The translations under genes and the position numbers were made by a program. Shown here piece after piece: positions 1 through 10,000 of a DNA stretch of 46,226 nucleotides; position 1 is the first letter of the stretch, and each line of letters starts with the position of its first letter. The DNA is from Microbacterium sp. (GTDB taxonomy: Bacteria; Actinomycetota; Actinomycetes; Actinomycetales; Microbacteriaceae). The stretch covers positions 1 to 46,226 of the forward strand of contig JAYUKK010000144.1 in NCBI GenBank assembly GCA_043764515.1. Reading direction: 5' to 3'. The notes under the pieces are model-generated. The model did no database searches. It was given only the letters and a program-made list of their open reading frames with translations, and was not told where the DNA came from.

Positions 1-449
1 TCGTAGACCGAGAAGTAGGCGCCCATGCTCGCGCGGTCGAGTGGATCGCCCAACACCGCGGGCGGCAAGTAAATGGGTGAGCTCACGAGCACGAGCCGAT
101 CGAGCTGCCGGTCGTGGGTCACCGCATAGCGCGCCGCGATGAGGCTGCCGAGTGAGTGGCCCACGAGCGTGAACGGTTCGCGCAGGCCCAGACTGCGGAT
201 CGTGCTGTCGAGCGCCGCCGCGTGCTCATCGAGCGTGTAGGTCGCCCCCTCGGGCTGCGGGGAATCCCCAAACCCGAGAATGTCAATCGTGATGCACCGA
301 TGGGTGGACTCGAGCAGCGGCACCAGGTGGTGAAACGTCACCGACGACGACGCGATGCCGTGAATCATGATGACCACCGGGCCGCTGCCCGTGTCGCGCG
401 TGACCGACAGCAGCGGAGCATCCGCCCGCCACCACTGCCACCACGCCAT
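1..449 (-). CDS. alpha/beta fold hydrolase (3' end outside window)
   Basis: Hand translation from ATG at 449: MAWWQWW...VVIMIHGIASS...IDILGFGDS...LVGHSLGSLIA. Shows the HG oxyanion motif, DxxGFG and the GxSxG nucleophile elbow. Absent from the ORF track because it runs off the edge. CATAAT lies 6 nt upstream of the ATG. Confidence 0.9.
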   Translation of the reverse strand, partial: MAWWQWWRADAPLLSVTRDTGSGPVVIMIHGIASSSVTFHHLVPLLESTHRCITIDILGFGDSPQPEGATYTLDEHAAALDSTIRSLGLREPFTLVGHSLGSLIAARYAVTHDRQLDRLVLVSSPIYLPPAVLGDPLDRASMGAYFSVY

Positions 450-514
450 GCGCTGATTATGGCGGATGCTCGCGAGCGCCCTGAGGACCGGGCGCGGAAG
501 AAGCGGGCCAGGGC

Positions 515-546
515 AGAAAGAAGGGGGCCGGCTAGGCCGACCCCCT
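515..546 (-). terminator. intrinsic terminator
   Basis: Minus strand AGGGGG-TCGGC-CTA-GCCGG-CCCCCT hairpin (one U-G pair) followed by TCTTTCT. Confidence 0.65.
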
Positions 547-580
547 CGACCTCCGCGTCCACCCCTAGTCGCGTCGGAAT
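515..580 (-). ncRNA. candidate small non-coding RNA (~65 nt)
   Basis: A -10-like TACATT (592-587) lies about 70 nt upstream of the end of a strong terminator, with no credible ORF between them. The downstream hydrolase has its own -10. Confidence 0.35.
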
Positions 581-748
581 ATCTCGAATGTATGCGGGCT
601 GGCCGCACCGAAACGGGCTTCTCGCCCTTCGCTCTGGGTTCTCTCGGCACAGGCACAGGGTCGAGCAATGAAGCGTTCAGGTCACGATCGCATTTCAGCC
701 CAAAACGTTGGGTGGTGGCGGCGGATGCTCGGGTCTAACGTGAGCGCC

Positions 749-1666
749 ATGCGCACCTCACGACTGCTCTCGGCCATTCCCGCCCTCGCCCTCACGGCTC
801 TGCTGTTGAGCGGATGCGCCGCTGTCGGCTCGTCAGAGTCGGCGAGCGACTCTGGCGGCATGCCGGGCCTCGGCGCGCCCGAGTCGCTCGAATCGGAAGC
901 GGTCGGCGGCTCATCCGGCGGCGATCTTGCCAGCCAGACCGGTGATGACAACCGCGCCGTCATCACCAGCGGATCTCTCTATCTCACCGTCGAAGCACCC
1001 TCGGAGGCCGCGGCGGACGCCGTGGCCATCGTCGAGGCGGCGGGCGGACGCGTCGATGGCCGGCAAGAGTTTGCGCCGCGCACCTTTGGTGACGCGAAAG
1101 ATGCGGGGGGTGCTGAACTGTTGCTGCGCATTCCGGCCGACCGCCTGACCGCCACGCTCGAGAAGCTCAAGGACTTGGGCGAGCTCGAAGAACTGCAGTT
1201 GAGCTCGACCGATGTGACGCGCGAAGTGCAAGACATCGACGCGCGCGCCACGGCGCTGCGCTCGTCGATCACGCGGCTGCTCGCCTTGCAAGACGCCGCC
1301 GACACCGTTGATGACCTCATCGACCTCGAGTCGGCGATTAGCCAGCGGCAGGCTGAACTCGAGAGCCTCGAGTCGCAACAGCGCTACTACGCCGACCAGG
1401 TGGGCCTCTCGACGCTCACCCTGACGCTCGGCTCGCTCGAAGTCGCCCCCGTCGACGAACCCGACACGTTCCTCACGGGCTTGCTTACCGGCTGGCAATC
1501 GCTCGTGAGCTTCGTCTCGGGGCTGCTCGTGGTTCTCGGCGTGCTTCTGCCCTGGCTCGTCGTGTTCGGACTGTTCGGGCTTGTCGTGCTCGTCATCGTG
1601 CGGGTCGCCGTGCGGCGCAGTCAGGCCGCCGCAGCCATGTCAGAGACGGTCACCCCCGCGAGTTAG
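749..1666 (+). CDS. DUF4349 domain lipoprotein
   Basis: Lipobox LLLSGC, LRIPA...L..LG, DVT...D..AR coiled coil, C-terminal TM helix. Start at ATG 749, 7 nt after TAACGT. Confidence 0.85.
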   Translation: MRTSRLLSAIPALALTALLLSGCAAVGSSESASDSGGMPGLGAPESLESEAVGGSSGGDLASQTGDDNRAVITSGSLYLTVEAPSEAAADAVAIVEAAGGRVDGRQEFAPRTFGDAKDAGGAELLLRIPADRLTATLEKLKDLGELEELQLSSTDVTREVQDIDARATALRSSITRLLALQDAADTVDDLIDLESAISQRQAELESLESQQRYYADQVGLSTLTLTLGSLEVAPVDEPDTFLTGLLTGWQSLVSFVSGLLVVLGVLLPWLVVFGLFGLVVLVIVRVAVRRSQAAAAMSETVTPAS

Positions 1667-1766
1667 CGAGAGGACGTCGGCCCACCGACACTCCTCCCCC
1701 TCCCGCTGGGCTCTCGGGCATGACAACGATGTCAATCCCTCGAAGGTTCTGGCCGATAATGGAGCC

Positions 1767-3524
1767 GTGACCTTTCCCGCCGATGTGACGCTCTCGGCCG
1801 AGCATCCATTTCGCGGGCTGGCGGCGGCCCTCGCTCCCGCCCGGCCGCGCATTGCGGCGGCTGTGGTCTTTTTCTTCATCAAGGACAGCCCGAACTGGGT
1901 GTTGCCTGTCATCACGGCCGCCGTCGTCGACACGCTCGTACGCGGGGGAACCGCGAGTGAACTGCTCGCTCTCGGTGCCGGGGCGGTTCTACTGATCGCG
2001 GCGAACTACCCCGCCAACGTGGCGTGGGTCACCCTCTTCTTCAGTACGGTGCGCGACCTCGCGGTGTCGCTGCGCAACGCGCTCGCCCATCGCTTGCAAG
2101 AGCTGTCGATCGGGTTCCACTCGCGCTCGAGCTCGTCGGTCATTCAGACCAAGGTGGTGCGCGACGTTGAGAACGTCGAGCTGATGTTGCAGCAGGGCGT
2201 TGGGCCGTTGCTGAGCGCGCTCGGCATCGTGACCGGAGCAGTGGTGGTGCTCGCCGTGCAGGTTCCGGCATCCCTCATCGTGTTCGCGATTCTTGTTCCG
2301 GCGAGCGCCGCCTTGATTCGCTGGATTCGCGTTCGGTCAGACCGACGCAACGAGCGCTTTCGGCGCGACATCGAGCACTTGTCGATGCAGGTCGGCGAGA
2401 TGGCCACCCTCCTGCCCATCACGCGCGCGCACGCACTCGAGGCGACCGCTGCCGATCGCGTGGTACAGAGTGCGCGCGCGGTGCGCGAGTCGGGCTTCAG
2501 CCTCGACCTCGTCAACGGCAAGTTCGGAGCAGTGGCCTGGGTGACCTTTCAGATCATTACGGTCGGATGCCTCGTGGGCGCGGCACTCGTCTCGATCTCG
2601 GGCTTCTTGCCCATCACGCCCGGCCAGGTCGTACTGCTCAGCACCTACTTCGTGATGATGACGAACTCGCTCGTCATCATCATGGGTCTCGCGCCGATTC
2701 TGACCCGCGGGCGCGAGTCACTGAAGTCGATCGCCGAGATTCTTGACGAGCCCGATATCGAACGCAACGCCGGCAAGCCCGCGATCGACAGCGTTTCGGG
2801 GCGTTTGGGCTTTGCGTCGGTCGGGCTGCGCTACCCGGGTGAGTCGAGCAACGCGCTCACCGACATAGAGCTCGTGATTGAGGCCGGCGAGACCGTGGCG
2901 TTCGTCGGCCCGTCCGGCTCGGGAAAGTCAACGATGGTCAACCTCGCCCTCGGCTTCGTGCGACCCACCGACGGAGTCGTGAGCATCGATGGAATCGATA
3001 TGGAGCGGCTCGACCTGCGCACCATGCGTCGTTTCGTGTCGGTCGTGCCGCAAGAGTCGGTGCTGTTCGCGGGAACGATTCGCGACAACATCACCTACGG
3101 CCTCACGGCGGTCAACGATGCCGCCGTCTCTCGCGCTCTCACCGATGCCAACGCGGCCGAATTCGTCGACCGCCTTCCGCAGGGCTGGGACACGCTCGTC
3201 GGAGAGCGCGGAACGCGCTTGTCGGGCGGCCAGAGGCAGCGCCTCTCGATCGCGCGTGCGCTCATTCGCAACCCGCGCATCCTGCTGCTCGATGAGGCGA
3301 CGTCGGCCCTCGATGGCGAGTCGGAAGCGCTCGTGCACGAGGCTCTCACCCGACTCATGCGCGACCGCACCACGCTCATCGTGGCGCACCGATTGTCAAC
3401 CGTGCGTTCTGCCGACCGTATCGTCGTGCTCGACCATGGCCGCATTGTCGAGGTCGGTTCGCACGACGCATTACTCGCCATCAACGGACCCTACGCGCGA
3501 CTCGTCCGCGCGCAAACCTCGTAA
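1767..3524 (+). CDS. ABC exporter, fused permease/ATP-binding (MsbA/type IV-like)
   Basis: N-terminal TM domain, Walker A GPSGSGKST, signature LSGGQRQR, Walker B LLLDEATSALD, switch AHRLST. GTG start 6 nt after GATAAT. Confidence 0.92.
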   Translation: MTFPADVTLSAEHPFRGLAAALAPARPRIAAAVVFFFIKDSPNWVLPVITAAVVDTLVRGGTASELLALGAGAVLLIAANYPANVAWVTLFFSTVRDLAVSLRNALAHRLQELSIGFHSRSSSSVIQTKVVRDVENVELMLQQGVGPLLSALGIVTGAVVVLAVQVPASLIVFAILVPASAALIRWIRVRSDRRNERFRRDIEHLSMQVGEMATLLPITRAHALEATAADRVVQSARAVRESGFSLDLVNGKFGAVAWVTFQIITVGCLVGAALVSISGFLPITPGQVVLLSTYFVMMTNSLVIIMGLAPILTRGRESLKSIAEILDEPDIERNAGKPAIDSVSGRLGFASVGLRYPGESSNALTDIELVIEAGETVAFVGPSGSGKSTMVNLALGFVRPTDGVVSIDGIDMERLDLRTMRRFVSVVPQESVLFAGTIRDNITYGLTAVNDAAVSRALTDANAAEFVDRLPQGWDTLVGERGTRLSGGQRQRLSIARALIRNPRILLLDEATSALDGESEALVHEALTRLMRDRTTLIVAHRLSTVRSADRIVVLDHGRIVEVGSHDALLAINGPYARLVRAQTS

Positions 3525-3539
3525 CGCGAGCGCATCCGT

Positions 3540-4577
3540 TTAGGGCGTGAGCAGGTGCGAGCGGCGCAGTTTCACGCTCGTGGAGAGCACGATGTTCTCG
3601 AGCGGCCCCGTCATTTCGTCGAGCCGGCGAAAGGCGAGGTTCGCCGCGACGCGACCCATCTCGACGGGCGAGTGCGACACGACGCTAATGCCCAACGCCT
3701 CGGCAAAGTCGAAGTCGTCAAAGCCCATGAGCGCGGTCGTCGTGCCGCGCGCTGCGATGGCACGGTGCACGCCGATCGCCGCGCGGTTGTTGCCCGCAAA
3801 GATGGCGGTGGGGGGCTCGCTACTGTCGAGCAATTGCAGGGTCGACTGCGCGGCCGTCTCGACGCTCGGCGCGTCGGTGCGCACGATCGATTCGTCGATC
3901 GGGATGCCCGCACCCCCGAGGGCGTCGCGATAGCCGCGCGCGCGCTCGCCGTGGGTGTAGAGCGATTCTGAGCTACCCACGAACGCAATGCGTCGGTGAC
4001 CGGCGTCGATGAGAGCTCGGGTGCCATCGCGGGCTCCAGAGCGGTTATCGAACACGACGACGTCGCTGGCCGCGTGCGACAGCGGACGGTCGACGGCGAT
4101 GATCGGGGTGCCGAGTTGACGCTCACCCTCGAGATAGGCGTGGTCTTCGGCGATGGGCACGAGCAGCAGCGCTTGCACGCGGCGCTCGAGCATGCTCGTG
4201 ACGGTGGGCCGCTCGCGCTGCGGATCGTCATCGGATGCCGCCATGACCAGCGTCAAGCCACGGTCGGAGGCGGTCTGGCTGATGCCCGCCGCAACGAGGG
4301 CATAGAACGGGTTGGTCAGGTCGCCGATCACAAAGCCAATGGTCGTCGCGACTCCGCCGTTGCGCAGGTCGCGCGCGATGGCGTTGGGCCGGAACCGCAG
4401 GGCCGTCGCCGCGTCGAGCACCTTCTTGCGCGTCGAGTCTTTGACGTTGGGGCTGTTGGTGAGCACGCGAGAAGCGGTCTTGAGGCTCACTCCGGCCAAC
4501 CGGGCGACGTCAGAGATCGTGGCGCGGGATGAGCCCGGGCGCGAGGGCTTGTCGCGCGGAATGTCCACGTTGGTCAC
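3540..4577 (-). CDS. LacI family transcriptional regulator (probable mannan-locus repressor)
   Basis: HTH TISDVARLAGVSLKTASRVL, hinge FRPNAIARDL, periplasmic-binding-type C-terminal domain. Confidence 0.93.
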   Translation of the reverse strand: MTNVDIPRDKPSRPGSSRATISDVARLAGVSLKTASRVLTNSPNVKDSTRKKVLDAATALRFRPNAIARDLRNGGVATTIGFVIGDLTNPFYALVAAGISQTASDRGLTLVMAASDDDPQRERPTVTSMLERRVQALLLVPIAEDHAYLEGERQLGTPIIAVDRPLSHAASDVVVFDNRSGARDGTRALIDAGHRRIAFVGSSESLYTHGERARGYRDALGGAGIPIDESIVRTDAPSVETAAQSTLQLLDSSEPPTAIFAGNNRAAIGVHRAIAARGTTTALMGFDDFDFAEALGISVVSHSPVEMGRVAANLAFRRLDEMTGPLENIVLSTSVKLRRSHLLTP

Positions 4578-4648
4578 TCGGCAACCCTACTCGGATGCGG
4601 CGGAAGTGTAGGCCTCTGGCGACGTTCAGATGGTGACCTTCTCACAAA

Positions 4649-4674
4649 TTGACAACGTGAGACATGCCTGTCAA
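4649..4674. promoter_or_regulatory. LacI operator-like site overlapping a TTGACA -35
   Basis: TGACAACGTGAGACA at 4650-4664, inside a TTGACA...TGTCAA inverted repeat, between divergent lacI and the ROK kinase. Matches the site at 12421. Confidence 0.6.
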
Positions 4675-4783
4675 GATGGGCGAAGGTCCACTCGAGAAGG
4701 AGTTCCATGACTGCACGGTGGTCGATGACGACCCCGCCGGCCCATCTCGGTGCGACTCGCGCGTCTGGGCAGGAGTTCGACGC

Positions 4784-5698
4784 ATGATCGTCGGAATCGA
4801 ATCGGGTGGCACCAAAACGCTGTGCGCCATCGCCGACCCCAGCGATGCCGCAAACCCCGTGCGCGTCGAACGCATCGCGACGACGACGCCGGCAGAGACC
4901 TTCGGGCGCATCAACGACATCATTGCCGAGACCCTCGGCACGCAGACGCCCGATGCGGTCGGCATCGCCTCGTTCGGCCCGCTCAATACGAATCCCGACG
5001 ACGAGCACTACGGCTGGATCACGGGAACGACCAAGCCTGGCTGGGCATTCACCGACGTGCTGCGGCACTTGCACACCGATGGCGCCCCGCACGCCTTCGT
5101 GACCGACGTCACGGGCTCGGCCATGGGTGAGGCAACCTGGGGTGCCGCGCACGGCGTCGAGCGCGTCGCGTACGCCACGGTCGGTACGGGTATCGGAGTC
5201 GGCTTCGTCGCCGGCGACCACATCTTGGGCGGCAACGGATTTCCCGAGATGGGTAACATCCTCGTTCGGCGTCACTCGCGCGACGACTTTGAGGGCAGCT
5301 GCCCGTTCCACGGCGATTGCGTCGAAGGCCTCGCGTCTGGCCCGTCAGTGATCGCCCGCTGGGGAGCGAGCGGTTCAGAGCTCTCGGCACCCGACCGCGA
5401 AGCCATGGTCGAGATCGTCGGTTACTACGTGGCGCAGCTCATCTCGGTCGTCACCTACACGCTCGGCGCCGAGCGCGTCGTGCTCGGCGGCGGTGTCATG
5501 CACACCCCGGGGCTTCTCGACTCGGTGCGCTGGCAGTTCGACCGCATCATCGGCGGGCCGGGCGCCGGCCACGGCCTCACGCAAGACTCGGCCGAATACA
5601 TCGTGGCCCCCGCGCTCGGCGAGCGCTCGGGCGTGCTCGGAGCCCTCGCGCTCGCGCAGCGCACCCTTGCTGTGCCCGCTCCGTTGTCGAGCCTCTAG
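4784..5698 (+). CDS. ROK family sugar kinase (fructokinase/mannokinase, GmuE/YdhR-like)
   Basis: GIESGGTK, GIASFGP, TVGTGIGVG, PEMGN, CPFHGDCVEGLASG zinc motif, LGGGV. Confidence 0.9.
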   Translation: MIVGIESGGTKTLCAIADPSDAANPVRVERIATTTPAETFGRINDIIAETLGTQTPDAVGIASFGPLNTNPDDEHYGWITGTTKPGWAFTDVLRHLHTDGAPHAFVTDVTGSAMGEATWGAAHGVERVAYATVGTGIGVGFVAGDHILGGNGFPEMGNILVRRHSRDDFEGSCPFHGDCVEGLASGPSVIARWGASGSELSAPDREAMVEIVGYYVAQLISVVTYTLGAERVVLGGGVMHTPGLLDSVRWQFDRIIGGPGAGHGLTQDSAEYIVAPALGERSGVLGALALAQRTLAVPAPLSSL

Positions 5699-6684
5699 AG
5701 CGCGTTGCGGGTCTCAAGCGCCGCACGGTACGCATCACGAACAACCTGCTCACCCGGCTTGGCGTACATGCAGTAGTCGGTGTTGAGCGCGGCATCCGTC
5801 GGCGCATAGAGCTCGGCCGGCCAGTCCCACAGCGCGACGCCCGTGACCCACGACCGCTCAGCGCACGCGCTCAGCATCTCGTCGAGGTACTGCGCTTGTG
5901 CCTCGCCGGAGGGTGCGCCCGCGAGAGTCCAGTCGTTGGGGCGCGCCGGCGAGGTGTCGCGAGACGGGCAGCCCGCCTCGATAAACACGAAAGGCTTGCC
6001 GTGGGCAAGCGCGACCGCCTCGACGCGATCGAGTTGCGCGGGCCACTCGCCGGTCGGGTAGTAGCCCGAGGCGGAGATTACGTCGACCGCATCCCACCAC
6101 GTCACGCGATTTTCTTGGTACTTGTCGCAGTTGTAGGTGATGGGGCCCGAGTAGACCTCGCGCACGCGCGCAATCAGCGCCCGCCACTCGGCTTCGCGGT
6201 GATCGGTCATGACCATCTCGCAGCCGACGCAGAAGAGCTCGACGCCCTCTTCTTCGGCGATGCGCGCGTGCCGCACGATGAAGTCGCCATACGACGCAAA
6301 CCACTCGGCCCACGTCGGCTCGCCCGGCACGTCGTGCTCGAAAAAGCTGATAAACCCGCGCCATGTGCCGTTCGCGACGTTGACGACGGGCTTGAGGCAC
6401 ACCTTCCACCCCCGACGCTTGGCCTCGCGGATGCCCCACCGCACCTCATCGTCGGTGAGCGTCGGCGCGGCATCGGCATCGACGTGCGTGGACTGCGGAG
6501 TGTCTTGCAGCGTCGCGTAGGCCAGCACAATCCAGTTGGCGCCGAGCGATTCGAGGGCGTCGAGCGAGTGGCGGGCGGCGTCGGTGTTCCAGGTACCCCG
6601 CGTGCCGACCCAGCCCCACGTCATGCCGCAGAACGGTTCGGCGAAGGCGCTGAGGTCGGGGTGCGGCCCGGTCGGCTGGGTCAT
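5695..6684 (-). CDS. glycoside hydrolase family 113 (beta-mannanase/manno-oligosaccharidase-like), no signal peptide
   Basis: VCLKPVVN...GTWRG, W..WFASY, FCVGCEM (putative acid/base Glu), YNCDKYQE, WWDAVDVI, FIEAGC (putative nucleophile Glu), LWDW. Confidence 0.85.
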   Translation of the reverse strand: MTQPTGPHPDLSAFAEPFCGMTWGWVGTRGTWNTDAARHSLDALESLGANWIVLAYATLQDTPQSTHVDADAAPTLTDDEVRWGIREAKRRGWKVCLKPVVNVANGTWRGFISFFEHDVPGEPTWAEWFASYGDFIVRHARIAEEEGVELFCVGCEMVMTDHREAEWRALIARVREVYSGPITYNCDKYQENRVTWWDAVDVISASGYYPTGEWPAQLDRVEAVALAHGKPFVFIEAGCPSRDTSPARPNDWTLAGAPSGEAQAQYLDEMLSACAERSWVTGVALWDWPAELYAPTDAALNTDYCMYAKPGEQVVRDAYRAALETRNAL

Positions 6685-9176
6685 GCCGACGCCCCCGCGA
6701 CGAGCTCGTTCGCGGTGCGCACGAGGCTCGCGTCGCGAAGAACGTCAGCGGGCACGCCCGCCGGGAGCCGCACCGGAATCGTCACGGTCTCCCCGGGCAA
6801 TAGGGTCAGCAGGCCCGCCAGCGCTCGCGCTTCGGGGTGCACGCGGTCGACCTCGAGGATGAGGTCGCGCACGAGCACGTCGCTCGAGATCGAGACGGAG
6901 ACGGTGCGGTGGGCGTGGCCGTCGGCGGGGGCATCCGTCACCGCGAACTGTAGTTCGGGAACCGTCAGCGGCTGATCGCGGTACTCGGCGAAGAACCACA
7001 GGCCGCGCTCTCCCGCCCACTCGGCGACGACGAATTCATTGGCTGGGGCCGCAGGCTGCGCGATCTCGTCGGGCACGATGACCGACAGAGAGTCGTGCGC
7101 CGAGAGCGCGTGCTCGGCGGACCACTCGGCGAGCACGGTGCCGTCGATCGAACGCCGCGTCACCCGCAGAGGGCCGCTCGCCGCGGCACCGTCGTCGTTG
7201 ACGAGCGCGACGCGCAGGCCATCACCTTCGGGCTGCACCGTGACGAGTGGATCAGCGTGAGCCGACCGCAACGCGTAGAGCAGGGGCTTGGGTCGACCGT
7301 TGCCGTCGATGGCCGACCACGAGGTCACGGGCCAGCAGTCATTGAGCTGCCACACGACCGTGCCCATGCAGTGCGGGCGCAGCGAGCGATACCACTCGAT
7401 CGCCGTGCGAATAGCAACGGCCTGATTGAGTTGCATGGCCCAGTGCCAGGCGCGCATCTCGTTCGGCAACCGCAAGTGGGCAACGAGGCCGTCGGTGAGC
7501 TTGACGTTGCCATCGATCGCCTTTTGGTGCACGAGCATTCCGGGCGACTCGGGTGTCAGCGGGTCGTCGTGAACGGCATCGACGAGCGTCGACCACGTGG
7601 GAGGCGATTGCCAGCCGAACTCGGCCACGAAGCGCGGCCGATAGTCGCGGTAGTGCGGGTAGTCCTTCTGGTTCCAGAGATCCCAAATGTGCATCGTGCC
7701 GTGGCTCTCCGCGTTCTGCGCCGGGCCGTCGCCGCCCGCAATCGTGCCGGGCGAGTAGGGGCTACCGGGCGTGTAGGCCACGTGCGGCGCGAGCTCATGC
7801 ACGATCGCGGGAAAGAGCTCGTAGTAGTAGTGAGCGCCCCACGTGGCACTGTCGAGCCGATGCTGCCAGTTCCACTCTTCGTAGCCCCAGATGTTCTCGT
7901 TGTTGCCGTTGAGAATCGCGAGCGAGGGGTGGCTCGCGAGCCGCGTGACGGCCTCGCGCGCCTCGGCCTCGATCTCTGACCGCAAGGGCTCTTCTTCGGC
8001 ATAGGCCGCGCAGGCGAGCAAAAAGTCTTGCCAGACGAGGATGCCCCGCGCATCGGTCTCGGCGTAGAACTCATCGCTCTCATAGATGCCGCCACCCCAC
8101 ACGCGAATGAGGTTGAGGCCAGCAAACTCTGCCTGCTCGAGCCGGTCGGCATAACGGGCTCGCGTGACCCGGTGCGGAAACGCGTCGTCCGGAATCCAGT
8201 TGGCCCCGCGCACTGCAATCGGCTGGCCGTTCACGACGATCGTGAAGGGGGTACCGTGCTCGTCGGGTTCCACGTTCAGTTCGATCGTGCGGAAGCCGAG
8301 CTCGCGGCTGCAGGTGCCGAGCGAGGCGCCCGCGGCGACCGTGCGCAGTTCAACCGTGGTCGGGTAGAGCGCGGGCGAGCCGTAGCCTCGAGGCCACCAG
8401 AGCTCAGCATCCGGCACCCGCACCTCGACCTGGGCCGAGGTGCCGTGTACGGGCACGACGACCGTCTGGCCGGCGAGCTGCACGACAACCTCGAGGTCGT
8501 CATCGCGCGCGCGCTCGACCTCGACGGTGAACAACGCCACGCCCTCAGCGCCCTCGACGCGCGTCGAGGGCAGCACGACGTCAAGCCGCGCGACCGACCA
8601 CGCTTCGAGAGCGATCGGGCGCCAGATGCCCGAGGTCGACGTGTCGATTCCCCAGTCCCAGCCGAACGAGCAGGCCATCTTGCGCAGCGCGTTGTAGGGG
8701 TGGTGGTTGACGTGCGGGCGGTAGCCGAGCGCGAGGCTCGCGGCATCGGCCGCCGGAATCGGCGCCGAGAAGTCGACGGCAATGTCGACCGACCCCGAGG
8801 CCGAGCGGGGCACCGCGACGCGGAACGAGCGATGTTGATTAGCCGTGCGCAGCACGACCTCGCCGTCGAGCGAGACCGCCGCGACCGTGTCGAGGCCCCC
8901 GATCACGAGGTCGACGCGATCGTGCTCGCCCGCGGGCAGCATCGCGGTCGTGCGATAGCTCCAGTCGGTCGAGCCGATCCAGGCGTAGCGGCTCTCGTTG
9001 TCGTCGAGGTAGGGGTCGTCGATCTCGCCCGCCGCCAACAAGTCAGTGTGCACGACCCCCGGAACGGTGGCCGGGATGCTGCGCCCCTGCAAAGCCTCGG
9101 GCACCAGTCGCCCGGCGCGGGCGCTGAGCTGCCACCCCTCGGTCAGTTCGACGCGGATGGGGGGCTCATGGCTCAC
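6681..9176 (-). CDS. glycoside hydrolase family 2 beta-mannosidase
   Basis: PATVPGVVHTDL, GLDTVA, RKMACSFGWDWG, RGANWIP, IRVWGGGIYE, WQDF, GNNEN, AEFGWQS, WQLNDCWP..SWS. True start is GTG 9176, a GTGA overlap with the permease stop. Confidence 0.93.
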   Translation of the reverse strand: MSHEPPIRVELTEGWQLSARAGRLVPEALQGRSIPATVPGVVHTDLLAAGEIDDPYLDDNESRYAWIGSTDWSYRTTAMLPAGEHDRVDLVIGGLDTVAAVSLDGEVVLRTANQHRSFRVAVPRSASGSVDIAVDFSAPIPAADAASLALGYRPHVNHHPYNALRKMACSFGWDWGIDTSTSGIWRPIALEAWSVARLDVVLPSTRVEGAEGVALFTVEVERARDDDLEVVVQLAGQTVVVPVHGTSAQVEVRVPDAELWWPRGYGSPALYPTTVELRTVAAGASLGTCSRELGFRTIELNVEPDEHGTPFTIVVNGQPIAVRGANWIPDDAFPHRVTRARYADRLEQAEFAGLNLIRVWGGGIYESDEFYAETDARGILVWQDFLLACAAYAEEEPLRSEIEAEAREAVTRLASHPSLAILNGNNENIWGYEEWNWQHRLDSATWGAHYYYELFPAIVHELAPHVAYTPGSPYSPGTIAGGDGPAQNAESHGTMHIWDLWNQKDYPHYRDYRPRFVAEFGWQSPPTWSTLVDAVHDDPLTPESPGMLVHQKAIDGNVKLTDGLVAHLRLPNEMRAWHWAMQLNQAVAIRTAIEWYRSLRPHCMGTVVWQLNDCWPVTSWSAIDGNGRPKPLLYALRSAHADPLVTVQPEGDGLRVALVNDDGAAASGPLRVTRRSIDGTVLAEWSAEHALSAHDSLSVIVPDEIAQPAAPANEFVVAEWAGERGLWFFAEYRDQPLTVPELQFAVTDAPADGHAHRTVSVSISSDVLVRDLILEVDRVHPEARALAGLLTLLPGETVTIPVRLPAGVPADVLRDASLVRTANELVAGASA

Positions 9177-10000
9177 TTGGTTGCTCCTGCGGTCACGCCG
9201 TTGTAGATGTACCTCTGCAAGATGATGAAGAGGATGAGAGTCGGGATGATGACGATCATGGCGCCGGCGCCGATGACCTCCCACTGCGAGCCGAACGGCC
9301 CCTTGAACCGGAACAGCGACGTGGAAATCACCCCGAGCTGTGCCGACGGCATGTAGAGGAACGGGATGTAGAACTCGTTGTAGATCGCGATGCCACGAAT
9401 GATCACGACCGTGGCGATGGCGGGCTTCAGCAGCGGAAGAATGATGCGCCAATAGATTCCGAATCGACTCGCGCCATCGAGCATCGCGGCCTCGTCGAGG
9501 CTCTTCGGGATCGACTGCATGAACTGCACGAAGATGTAGATCGAAATGATGTCGGTGCCTAAGAAGAGGGCGATCGCCGCCCAGTGCGAATTGAAGAGCC
9601 CGAGTTCGTTGACGACCTGGAAGGTCGCCACCTGCGTGGTGACGCCCGGCACGAGAGTGGCGATCAAGAAGGCCGCGAAGACGAGCTTCTTGAAGCGAAA
9701 ATCGAAGCGGTCGAGCGCGTAGGCGGCCATCGTGCCGATGAGCACGGTGCCCGTCACCGAAATGAGCAAGATGAAGGTGGTGTTGGCAAAGCCGAGCAAC
9801 ATCTTGCCGCTCTCGAACGCCGTAACGAAGTTGGTGAAGTTGAACCAGTTCATCGGTGGCGTCAGCGGACTCGTGGTCGCGTACTCTTCGGAGGTTTTGA
9901 ACGAGGCGAAGAGCACGACGACGAGCGGAATGAGAGCGACGCCAGCGGCCGCTACGAGCGAGATGTACTTGCCCGTCGTCACCAAGACACGCGTGATCAT
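9173..10000 (-). CDS. carbohydrate ABC transporter permease (MalG-like)
   Basis: ASFKT, AAYALDRF, EAA loop IPKSLDEAAMLDGAS, multiple TM helices. Confidence 0.93.
   Translation of the reverse strand: MITRVLVTTGKYISLVAAAGVALIPLVVVLFASFKTSEEYATTSPLTPPMNWFNFTNFVTAFESGKMLLGFANTTFILLISVTGTVLIGTMAAYALDRFDFRFKKLVFAAFLIATLVPGVTTQVATFQVVNELGLFNSHWAAIALFLGTDIISIYIFVQFMQSIPKSLDEAAMLDGASRFGIYWRIILPLLKPAIATVVIIRGIAIYNEFYIPFLYMPSAQLGVISTSLFRFKGPFGSQWEVIGAGAMIVIIPTLILFIILQRYIYNGVTAGATK

Noticed and set aside
584-599. TCGAATGTATGCGGG as a second SOS box
   Set aside because: The right half-site does not match GTTCGA. It is better explained as a -10 element.
156-671. 171-aa plus-strand ORF
   Set aside because: Antisense to the alpha/beta hydrolase and runs across the terminator and promoter region.
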